Source: Nevskiaceae bacterium
GTDB taxonomy: Bacteria > Pseudomonadota > Gammaproteobacteria > Nevskiales > Nevskiaceae
NCBI GenBank assembly: GCA_021731445.1
Contig: JAKFXK010000025.1
Span: forward strand, 1,410-65,409
DNA length: 64,000 nucleotides
Direction: 5' to 3'
Shown piece after piece: positions 1 through 10,375 of the stretch. A model generated the notes under the pieces. It searched no databases. It was not told the DNA's origin and saw only the letters and a list, made by a program, of their open reading frames with translations. Position numbers and translations under genes: made by a program. The number at the start of each line of letters is the position of its first letter. The first letter of the stretch is position 1.

Positions 1-183
1 CGTGGCGAGATTCTCGCCGTCGGTACGGGCAAGCGCGGCGATGACGGCAAGGTGCACGCCATGGACGTGAAAGTCGGCGACACCGTGCTGTTCGGCAAGT
101 ACTCCGGCTCGGAAGTGAAAATCGAAGGCAAGGAATACGTCGTGATGCGTGAAGACGACATCATGGCCGTGTTCACCAAGTGA
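1..183 (+). CDS. groES: Co-chaperonin GroES, 3' part (truncated by the window edge)
   Basis: Frame 1 reads [60 protein letters not shown]; it lies directly upstream of groEL. Confidence 0.97.
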   Translation, partial: RGEILAVGTGKRGDDGKVHAMDVKVGDTVLFGKYSGSEVKIEGKEYVVMREDDIMAVFTK

Positions 184-197
184 CCAGTCGCAGGCTG

Positions 198-276
198 GTC
201 ATCCCCGCGAAAGCGGGGATCCAGTTCTGCTCTCGGACAAACAAACAACTGGATTCCCGCTTTCGCGGGGGATGAC
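198..276. repeat. Inverted dimer of a GTCATCCCCGCGAAAGCGGGGATCCA palindromic element (CGTC/GTC-tagged REP type)
   Basis: GTCATCCCCGCGAAAGCGGGGATCCAGTT at 198-226 and AACTGGATTCCCGCTTTCGCGGGGGATGAC at 247-276 are near reverse complements, and each is itself a hairpin. The minus strand encodes WIPAFAGMT, typical of this repeat class. Confidence 0.85.
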
Positions 277-289
277 AACAAGCAAATAG

Positions 290-1945
<1,656 letters not shown>

Positions 1946-2017
1946 GTATCGTCCTGACAGGAACGTCGCCGTCCAGGCGACGACTGTCAAACCCGGTTAC
2001 ACGCAACCTGCTTCACC

Positions 2018-2049
2018 AACAAGGCACCTTCGGGTGCCTTGTTTTTTTT
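2018..2049 (+). terminator. Rho-independent terminator of groESL
   Basis: AACAAGGCACC-TTCG-GGTGCCTTGTT followed by a T run. Confidence 0.9.
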
Positions 2050-2070
2050 GGGGCAGCCGCAGGAGATTGC

Positions 2071-4755
2071 TCAGGATTCTTGCGTCCGCCTGCCACGTTT
2101 CACCAATGAGGCCATCAGGCGCTCTGCGGCGTCGTTGTCGGCACGGGCCTCCATCTTGCCCAGCGATTCCAGCACCGCCGCCCGGGTGAGCAACAGCTCG
2201 AGCATCAGGCCATCTTCGGGTTGCTGACGCTGGCTTGCGGCCTGATGGCGGACTGCAAGGCAGGCAGGGTTTCGGGCTGAAGCCTGCCGTTGGCCAGCTC
2301 GGTCCTGGCCAGCAGCAGAGTCGCCCGCAAGCGGTGGGCATCGCCGGGATTGGCCCCGCTCGACTGCCGCAGCAGCTGTCTCGCCAGTGTCAAGGCTGAT
2401 GCTCTACCAGTGCTGCGTCCCAGCAACGCGCTGACCTGCATCTCCTGACCAATCAGTGTCCAGCCATGGTCTCTGTCGACTGTGGTGGCCATGTCAGGCA
2501 GCAGCGAGGCCAACACCACCTCCGCCTCGCCAAACTGCTGTTGTGCCAGATGCCAGCGGGCACGCGCATAACGCGCCAAAAGACCGATGCGGTGCTGCGA
2601 CGGCAGCCTGGCGGCGATCGCATCCATCTCCCGGATGGCCGTATCGGCTTCAGGCCAGCGGCCCATCTCGATGTAGAGCTTGGCGCGGGTGATGTTGACC
2701 TAGCCGAGATGCGTCTTGCCCCCGGTGGCATCGTCCTGGAAGCTTTGGTAGACCGCCTCGATATGCTCGGCGGCTTCGTGCAGATCGCCGATGCTCAGCA
2801 GGGTTTCGGCCAGATGCCAGCGGGTGTCGAGCCAGATGTAGTGCTCCCGTTCGCCCGATGGCGTACCGATCAGCCTCAGTGCCGCGCGCAATTCGGATTC
2901 GGAATCCTGATCCTGCCCCAGTTCCAGCAAGGCCCAGCCCAAGGTGTGACGGGCGCTGGCGTGGATCACCTGCCCGCCGCGTTCAGGGTGCGCGGCAAAA
3001 GCGGCGATCAGCGACTTGAGGCGGGTGACGGTCTCGGCGCTCTGATCCAGCTCGATCAGCGACATCGCCAGCGCGATCTCCATATCGGCAGCCTGCACCG
3101 ACAGCGGCCCCTCGGCCAGCCTTGCGGCCACGATGCCGCGTGCGTGCGCCGCCATCGCCTGCGGGTAGAGATTGAGCGCGCGACAGGCATCGCCCGGTCG
3201 AAAGCAGCGAGGCGCGCACCAGCGGCAGGGTGGGGAACTTGGTGTCGATGCTCGCCGCAGCGCGTTCGAGTGCGGCGGCGACCGTCACCTCGCTGCCGCC
3301 GCCTTGTCAGGGTCTGCCGCCGCGAGAATGTCCTCTGACAGGAAGTCGTTGGGCGATTCGGCCGAGGCCAGTGCGGTCTCGGTGCGTTGCTGCTCGCGGC
3401 GCAGCAAGAAATCGTGCCAAGCCAGCGCGGCTGCCACCATCACGCTGGCCGCGAGGCCCACTTGCAGCATGCGGCGCCGCTGGCGCCTGCTGCGCAGCGT
3501 GTGCAACCGTTGTTCGCGCGCGATGGCCTCGGTCTGCTGCTGCGCCGCAAAACGACGCTCAGGCAGGGTGCGCAGGCGGCGGGCGAGTTCGGCGGCATCG
3601 CCGAGCCGGTGCTGGGGATCGGTATCCGCACAGGCGGCGATATCGGCCCGCAGCAGCGGGTCGTCCACCGCGCGTTCCCAGCCCGGTGCCAGCGGGCGGC
3701 TCAAGTCGCTCACCACCAGCTGGTACAGCAGCACGCCCAGCGAATAGATATCGCTTTTCACGCTGGCAGGCAGGCCCGCGAGACGCTCCGGCGCCAAGTA
3801 GGGCAGGGTGCCGCCAGTGCCGCTGGCAGGCGGCAGGCCCTCGAGTCGCGTCACCCGCCAGTGTCGAGGGTGGCGGCATCGATCTGGCCACTGCCGAAAT
3901 CGGCCCAGACTAGGCGGAGGGCTGCCTCTGGCTCTTGGGCAAGCAGCAGGTTTTCAGGCTTCACATCCTGATGCACGACGCCAATGGCATGGGCAGCGGC
4001 GAGACTTTCCGCCGCCTGTGCGACCAGCTCCAGACTTTGGGTCAGCGTCAGACCGGCGGCGCCGCCCTGTGTGGGCAGCCAGTCAGCAAGGCTGCCCAGC
4101 GGGCAGTACTCCAGCTCAAGGAAATACGGTGCGGTTTCGAGGTTGTAGTCGTAGAGGCGCAGAAAATCAGGTCGCAGGCCCAGCGCCTTGTGCAGGACGC
4201 GGCGCAGCGTCAGCTCGCGTTTCAAACCCTCAACGGCCTCTGGTTTAAGGGCAAACTTGAAAGCGCGTGCCTCGCCGGTCTTGTCATGCTGGCCAAGCCA
4301 GACGCTGGCATGTGCATGCAGCGGCCACAGCAGCCGCCAATGAGGGCGCCGTGGAAGGGTGTTGTCTGCCTGTAACGTCAGGGCGACAGCGCGCGATGGG
4401 GTGGGGGCGGGGCGATCTGGCGGCAGATGCAGCACGGGTGCGGTCAGCCTGTAGCCGTAGCCATGCACAGTGAGAATCGCGGTCTGCCCGCGATCCCCCA
4501 AAGCCTGCCGCAACTTGTTGATGCAGCGAGCAATCACCGACTCGCTGACCACCCGCCCGGCCCAGACGGTTTCCATAATCTCGTGTTTGCTCACCAACTC
4601 GCCCGCGTTGTGTACCAAGGGGGTGAGCAGACGTACGGGTTTCGGCCCCACCGCGACCAGGGCATCCTGCTAATGCAGTTGCAGCGTCACCGTATCGACG
4701 ACGAAGCCCAGTGGCCCGATGTCCAGCTGATAGCGTCCCCCCAGTGCGGCTCATA
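2071..4755 (-). pseudogene. Decayed winged-helix DNA-binding / Hanks-type Ser-Thr kinase / transmembrane / TPR-like protein
   Basis: Consecutive minus-strand fragments give a wHTH (LVSKHEIMETVWAGRVVSE...TVHGYGYRL), kinase motifs (HQDVKPEN, DFG, GTLPYLAPE, SDIYSLGVLLY), a TM segment and TPR-like helices. In-frame TAG stops at 4670-4672 and 2700-2702, with frameshifts near 3855, 3290, 3160 and 2220. The 5' end is approximate. Confidence 0.85.
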
Positions 4756-4868
4756 GCGTGGCCATCAACGGGGCGGCGTAGAGCAGATGGAGACGGGCCG
4801 CCGGGCACCACGCAAGGGTACCCGGCGAGCTTGCATACAATGGCCCGGCTCCACCTCACAGGCCCTGC

Positions 4869-5438
4869 ATGACACTCCAGGCATTGTTGCAATCCACCCA
4901 GACCCTGCCCCTTACGGCAGAGGGCCAGCTGTTCGTGCAGACCGTGCAGCGACAATCCCTCAACCTGCCGCGTCCGACCTGGCAGCAGCTGCCGGACGTG
5001 CGGTTCCGCCATGTCGATGACGAGGGCAGGGTGGTCTTTGACCTCTGCCACGACAGTGTCGTGGCAGCAGGCAGCGGCACCCGGCCGCTGCACAGCCTGC
5101 TCGAAGCGCAATGGCCGCACGAACAGGCCCTGCTGATCGCTGCTGTCTGGCACTGCAAGGATTGCGAGGCGCTGGCAGCACTGCTCACCACGCTGGAAGT
5201 GGTGGTGCGCTTCAGCGCCGACCTCAAGGGCCGCATCCACGCCCACCTGGTCTCGGCGGCGTTCTGCATCCGGCTGATCCGCAAGCTGCAAGCGGGCGAA
5301 AAATTTCTGTCCAATGGCGACCCTGTGATGGATGCGCTCACCCGCAGCCTCGGTATCCGTAGCAAGGTGGCGCTGCTGATCTCGTCGCCGGACGAGGCGG
5401 GGATGGCGAAAACCTTGGGCAGACTGTCCAAGGACTAA
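4869..5438 (+). CDS. Hypothetical protein (189 aa, contains CKDC)
   Basis: The ORF fills the gap between the pseudogene and glnE; a TACAAT -10-like hexamer is at 4836-4841; no family recognised. Confidence 0.6.
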   Translation: MTLQALLQSTQTLPLTAEGQLFVQTVQRQSLNLPRPTWQQLPDVRFRHVDDEGRVVFDLCHDSVVAAGSGTRPLHSLLEAQWPHEQALLIAAVWHCKDCEALAALLTTLEVVVRFSADLKGRIHAHLVSAAFCIRLIRKLQAGEKFLSNGDPVMDALTRSLGIRSKVALLISSPDEAGMAKTLGRLSKD

Positions 5439-5474
5439 GCATCCAGCGGCCTGCCGCCGGGCATACTGCGCGGC

Positions 5475-8309
5475 ATGGCTGATGACCTTAAACCCACCTG
5501 GCTCGCTGCCTGCGGTCCCTTCCTGCAAGGCTTTGCGCTGCGGGAGGGCATCGCCCTGCAAACACTGGCGGACTTGCCAGCCACCTCGATCAAACCGGGC
5601 GGCGATGTGGCGCGCGAGCTGCGGCTGGCACGGGCTTTCGAGTGGGCGCGCATCGCGGTGCACGACATGGCCGGGCTGGCGAGTGTCGAAGACACTCTGG
5701 CTGACCTGAGCCGCTTCGCCGATCTCGCCTGCGAGGCCGCGTTGAAGGCCGCGAGTGCCCAACTCAGCCCCCGTTTCGGCACACCGCGCGGGCCGGACGG
5801 CCTGCCATCGAGGCCCATCATCATCGGTATGGGCAAGCTGGGCGGTCGCGAGCTGAACTTTTCCAGCGACATCGACCTCATCATTGCCTACACCCAGCCG
5901 GGCGAAACCGATGGCCTGACGCGCATCGGCAATGCCGAGTACTTCACCAAGCTGGTGCAGGCTTTCGTCAAGCTCTTGGCGGATCGCAGCGAGCACGGTT
6001 TCGTGTTCCGGGTGGACTTGATGCTGCGCCCCTTCGGCAGCGCCGGGCCGGTGGCGATCAGCAGTGAGGCGATGGTCGAGTACTACCAAAATCATGGCCG
6101 CGACTGGGAGCGCTACGCACTCATCAAGGCAAGGCCGGTGGCGGGCGATATCGCGGCGGGTGAGGCGCTTCTGCAACAGCTCACGCCCTTCGTCTACCGC
6201 CGCTACCTCGATTTCAACGCCATCACCGCGCTGCGCGAGTTGAAGCGCAAGATCGCCGAGGATGCTGCTGTCCGCCGGGTCTCGGCCGACGATCTCAAGA
6301 TCGGTGAAGGCGGTATCCGAGAGTGCGAGTTCATCGTTCAGAGCTTTCAGCTGGTGCGCGGTGGCCAAGTGCCGCAGCTGCGCGGCAACCGCTGGGCGAC
6401 GACGCTGGAACGCCTGGTCGAGAACGACCACCTGCCGCCGGAAACGGCGGCCTTGCTGCTGACCGCCTATCGCCTACTGCGCCGCACCGAAAATGCCGTG
6501 CAGATCTGGGGCGACGAGCAAACCCACGCGCTGCCCAGCACGCCGGAACGCCGCGAGGCGCTAGCTACCGCCCTCGGCTTTGCCAGCTATGCGGTGTTTT
6601 CCGGTGTGCTGCGGGTCAACCGCGCACTGGTGGCGGGCGTATTCCAGAACGTGTTTGCGGAGCCTGATCCGGTCGCCACCACCCCGGTCGCCACCACAGC
6701 GGCGGCGCTGTGGCGCGACGAGGCGGAGACGGCCGATGCCGCCCTCATCGCCGCCTTTGCCCAAGCCGGTTATGGCGAGAGCGCCGCAGCGGCGGTGCAG
6801 GCCATCGTCACGCTGCGGCGCGGCAGCCGCTGCCGCAATGCCACGCCCTCGGCGCTGGCGCGGCTCGCGGCCCTGATCCCGGAACTCGCCGACGCTGCGT
6901 TGCAGCTGCAAGCCGATCCGCCTGCGCTTCTGGACGCAGCGGCACTGTCCAGCTACCGCAAGCTGGCTGACGAGACCGCCGACGCGGGCGGTGCCAGGCA
7001 GCCTGCCGTGGCGCTGGCGCGAGCGCTGATGGTGGTGGAGTCGGTGATCGGCCGCAGTACCTATCTCACCCTGCTGCGCGAATCCGCCAATGCCCGCCAG
7101 CAGCTGCTGCGCCTGTGCGCGGCCAGTCCCTGGCTGGCGGAGGAGCTGGCGCGGCACCCGATACTGCTCGACCAGCTGCTGGATTCGCGCACGCTCTACA
7201 GCCCTCCGGATCGTGCCGCGCTGCGCGAGGGCCTGCTGCCGCGCATGGCCGCACTCGCCGTCAGCGATACCGAGGGCGCCATGGATCTGCTGCGCCGCAC
7301 CGTGCGCGAATGCACCCTGCGCATCGCCGCAGCCGACATCGTCCACGCACTGCCGCTGCCCAAGGTCAGCGACCGCCTCACCTGGCTTGCCGAGGCGGCG
7401 GTGGAAGCCGCCGTGCGCTTTGCCGAGCGTGACCTCAAAGCGCGCTATGGCAGCTGCCACCGCGCCGACGGCAACCCGGCCGAGTTCGCGGTGATCGGCT
7501 ACGGCAAGCTCGGCGCGCTGGAGATGGGCTACGGCTCTGACATTGACCTGGTGTTCCTGCACGATGCCGATCCGCCGGATGTAGACAGCCAGGGCGGAGA
7601 GAAGGCGCTGGCGCAATCCAGCTGGATGTCGCGGCTGGCCCAGCGGGTGATGCATCTGTTGACCACGCAGACGCATCTGGGCCGCGTCTACGAGGTCGAT
7701 ATCGAGCTGCGGCCGAACGGCAACTCCGGGCTGCCGGTGGTGTCCACTGGCGCCTTTGCCGAGTACCAGATGCAAAGCGCCTGGACCTGGGAGCATCAGG
7801 CGCTGACCCGCGCGCGGGTGGTGGTGGGTTCTGGGCGGATGGAGACGCTGTTCCAGTCACTGCGCCATCAGGTGCTGACCCGCGAGCGCGACCCTGAAAA
7901 GCTGACGACCGAGATCCGAGACATGCGCGAAAAGATGCGCGCCCATCTCGACAAGCCCGCCGAAGGCCGCTGGGACTTGAAGCAGGGCCTGGGTGGGCTG
8001 GTGGATGTGGAGTTTCTGGTGCAGCACGCGGTACTGAGCCATGCCGCCGAGCACCCCACCGTCATCGCGCACACCGATGTCTGGCGGCAGCTCGAAGCCT
8101 TGGAAAAAGCCGGCTGCTGGCCTGCCACCACAGCCTATGCCCTGCTCGACATCCAGCGCGAATACCGCGCCTGGCGCCACGCCGCGATGCTGCGCGGCGA
8201 GCCGACCGATGCGCCGCAGGATGCCTTTGCAACCCAGCGTGTGCTGGTGAAGGGACTCTGGCAGCAGAATCTGGGCGCTGCTGTGCCGCTAGGCAGCACG
8301 CCACCATGA
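5475..8309 (+). CDS. glnE: Bifunctional glutamine synthetase adenylyltransferase/adenylyl-removing enzyme
   Basis: Two nucleotidyltransferase halves, GMGKLGGRELNFSSDIDL and GYGKLGALEMGYGSDIDL; also WERYALIKARPV and WEHQALTRARVV. Confidence 0.97.
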   Translation: MADDLKPTWLAACGPFLQGFALREGIALQTLADLPATSIKPGGDVARELRLARAFEWARIAVHDMAGLASVEDTLADLSRFADLACEAALKAASAQLSPRFGTPRGPDGLPSRPIIIGMGKLGGRELNFSSDIDLIIAYTQPGETDGLTRIGNAEYFTKLVQAFVKLLADRSEHGFVFRVDLMLRPFGSAGPVAISSEAMVEYYQNHGRDWERYALIKARPVAGDIAAGEALLQQLTPFVYRRYLDFNAITALRELKRKIAEDAAVRRVSADDLKIGEGGIRECEFIVQSFQLVRGGQVPQLRGNRWATTLERLVENDHLPPETAALLLTAYRLLRRTENAVQIWGDEQTHALPSTPERREALATALGFASYAVFSGVLRVNRALVAGVFQNVFAEPDPVATTPVATTAAALWRDEAETADAALIAAFAQAGYGESAAAAVQAIVTLRRGSRCRNATPSALARLAALIPELADAALQLQADPPALLDAAALSSYRKLADETADAGGARQPAVALARALMVVESVIGRSTYLTLLRESANARQQLLRLCAASPWLAEELARHPILLDQLLDSRTLYSPPDRAALREGLLPRMAALAVSDTEGAMDLLRRTVRECTLRIAAADIVHALPLPKVSDRLTWLAEAAVEAAVRFAERDLKARYGSCHRADGNPAEFAVIGYGKLGALEMGYGSDIDLVFLHDADPPDVDSQGGEKALAQSSWMSRLAQRVMHLLTTQTHLGRVYEVDIELRPNGNSGLPVVSTGAFAEYQMQSAWTWEHQALTRARVVVGSGRMETLFQSLRHQVLTRERDPEKLTTEIRDMREKMRAHLDKPAEGRWDLKQGLGGLVDVEFLVQHAVLSHAAEHPTVIAHTDVWRQLEALEKAGCWPATTAYALLDIQREYRAWRHAAMLRGEPTDAPQDAFATQRVLVKGLWQQNLGAAVPLGSTPP

Positions 8310-9247
8310 CTGGGTTGAGGTCTGTCCCCGATATGTCGACATTGCAGGCTGAAATCACGGTCTCGGTGGTGCTCTACAACAGTCTGCAACTGCTGAAAGA
8401 GCGGCAGGATTTTTTTGCCGGCCTGCCGCACTTATGCCTGGTCGACAATGCCAGCAGTGACGGCTCTGCGGACTGGATCGCCGTCCATCTGCCACAGGCG
8501 AAGCTGTTCCGCTGCACCGAGAACTTAGGCTTCGGGCGCGGCCACAATCTGGCCCTGGCGGCTTGCGACACGCCGTTTGCGCTGCTGCTGAATCCGGACT
8601 GCGAGATCGACGCCCCCGCAATGGGCTGTCTCGTGCAATGTCTCATGCACTATCCGGATGCACTGCTGGCGGTGCCCAGGCTCACTTATCCCGATGGCCG
8701 CGAGCAGGAAAACCATCGCGGCTTCATGCACAGCGGCGGTCGTCCGCAGGCAGAGCACAGCGCACCTGAAGGCGCGCTGTGCTGCGAGTTTGTCAGCGGC
8801 GCCGCGCTGATGGTGCGGGTGCAATGGTTCCAAGAGGTTGGTGGCTTCGATCCCTGGTTTTTCCTGTACTGGGAGGACGAAGATCTCTGCCTGCGCGCCC
8901 GCGCCAACCGGCGCGCGGTCATTCTGGAGCCCGCCGCCCTGGCCTGCCATGCGCTGAAACGCTCCTCCACACCCACCGCAAAGACGCTGTTCACCCGCCA
9001 CTACAGCTACATCACCTCCAAGCTCTACCTGCGACGCAAGATGGGCGAGCCGCTGGCGTTGACCGTGCTGCGCGCTGCGGCGCTGTTGCTGTCAAACACT
9101 TTGTCGATGCTGCTCAGCCTGCTGCTGCTCGACCGGGGCAAGGTCATCCGCCGCGCCGCGCGCATCGTTGCCGTGCTCACTGCGCCGTTGCAACTGGCGC
9201 GCGCGCAGGCGGTATCGTCGCCCCTGAAACTGTTTGGCCTGAAATGA
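8306..9247 (+). CDS. Glycosyltransferase family 2 (rhamnosyltransferase-like)
   Basis: VDNASSDGS, NLGFGRGHN, LLLNPDC, GGFDPWFFLYWEDEDLC; ATGA overlap with glnE. Confidence 0.9.
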   Translation: MTGLRSVPDMSTLQAEITVSVVLYNSLQLLKERQDFFAGLPHLCLVDNASSDGSADWIAVHLPQAKLFRCTENLGFGRGHNLALAACDTPFALLLNPDCEIDAPAMGCLVQCLMHYPDALLAVPRLTYPDGREQENHRGFMHSGGRPQAEHSAPEGALCCEFVSGAALMVRVQWFQEVGGFDPWFFLYWEDEDLCLRARANRRAVILEPAALACHALKRSSTPTAKTLFTRHYSYITSKLYLRRKMGEPLALTVLRAAALLLSNTLSMLLSLLLLDRGKVIRRAARIVAVLTAPLQLARAQAVSSPLKLFGLK

Positions 9248-10254
9248 AGACGGAAACCACCCACCTGCTGACATCGCCGCAGCGCATTCTGGTCATCGAG
9301 ACGCTGTACCTGGGCGATCTCATCCACACCCTGCCGCTCATCCAGGCAGTGCGTGCGCGTTATCCGCAGGCGCGGCTGGATGTGCTGGTGCGGGCGCCGC
9401 ATGTGACGCTGATGCAGCGGGTGCCCGCCATCGACCAGGTGCTGGCGATGGAACCAAAGCAGCATCGCGGCGTGCGTGGCCTGCTCAAGCTGTGTGGGCA
9501 GTTGCGTGAGGCGCGCTATGACCTGGTCATCAACCCCGGTGCCAGCGACCGTGCCACCCTGCTCACCGCCTTCAGCGGCGGCGGCCACCGACTGGGACGG
9601 CTCAACCGCAATCAGTCGAAACGCCTCTGGCCGCTGCTGCACGATCAGCTCATCGACCAACCCTGGGGTGCCGAGCCGATGTTCTGGCAGAAGCTCAGCG
9701 CCTTCCAGCCCGTCTTGCAGCTCGACGCCAAAGTGCGCTTCGGGCTGGATCTGGGCGGGATTGATCTCACAGCACTGCGCTTGCCCACCCGCTATCTGCA
9801 CCTCAGCCCCTTTGCCTCGGAAGACATCCGCTGCCTGCCACCCTCAACCGTGATCGAACTGCTGACTTTGCTGCGACAGCGGCTGCCGGATTGTCCGATG
9901 GTGCTCAGCTGTGGCCCTTCACAACGGGAAACCAGCCGTTTCGCTGCCCTGCTGCCGATGCTCGATGCCTTGGGTGTGAAGCATTTCTGCGGCACGCTCG
10001 ACCTGCCACAGCTCGCCGCCGTTATCCAGGGCGCTTTGCTGCACATCGGGCCCGACTCCGGCCCGCTGCACCTGGCGGCGGCGCTGAACACGCCAAGTGC
10101 CGCGTGTTTCCTGTTCAAGAACGCCTCTGCTGAATGGATGCCCTTTGGCCCTGGACATCGCAGTTTTGGGGTATCCACTCCATGCGAGGGAGGGCTCTAC
10201 GGCTTGCCGCTCGAAGCCATCGTCGCGCATGTGGCCGAGCAGATGGAAAGCTAG
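9244..10254 (+). CDS. Glycosyltransferase family 9 (LPS heptosyltransferase-like)
   Basis: The likely start MKTETT at 9244 overlaps the GT2 stop; motifs RILVIETLYLGDLIHTLP and DSGPLHLAAALNTP. Confidence 0.9.
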   Translation: MKTETTHLLTSPQRILVIETLYLGDLIHTLPLIQAVRARYPQARLDVLVRAPHVTLMQRVPAIDQVLAMEPKQHRGVRGLLKLCGQLREARYDLVINPGASDRATLLTAFSGGGHRLGRLNRNQSKRLWPLLHDQLIDQPWGAEPMFWQKLSAFQPVLQLDAKVRFGLDLGGIDLTALRLPTRYLHLSPFASEDIRCLPPSTVIELLTLLRQRLPDCPMVLSCGPSQRETSRFAALLPMLDALGVKHFCGTLDLPQLAAVIQGALLHIGPDSGPLHLAAALNTPSAACFLFKNASAEWMPFGPGHRSFGVSTPCEGGLYGLPLEAIVAHVAEQMES

Positions 10255-10375
10255 TGGCCTTTGGCTCCAGCAAGTAAACTTGCCGCACAACAGCTAAAGC
10301 CCAGTTGCATAGGGCCGCTCAACAGGGTGGTGGAAGCATCAATGTTCGAATCAAGGGAGTGGTCAGGGAAAGCAT

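Noticed and set aside
6669-6698. 15-bp tandem duplication in glnE (PVATT twice)
   Set aside because: In-frame linker slippage with no evident consequence.
8779-9243. 491-aa version of the GT9 gene
   Set aside because: The upstream part overlaps the GT2 gene; the likely start is ATG 9244.
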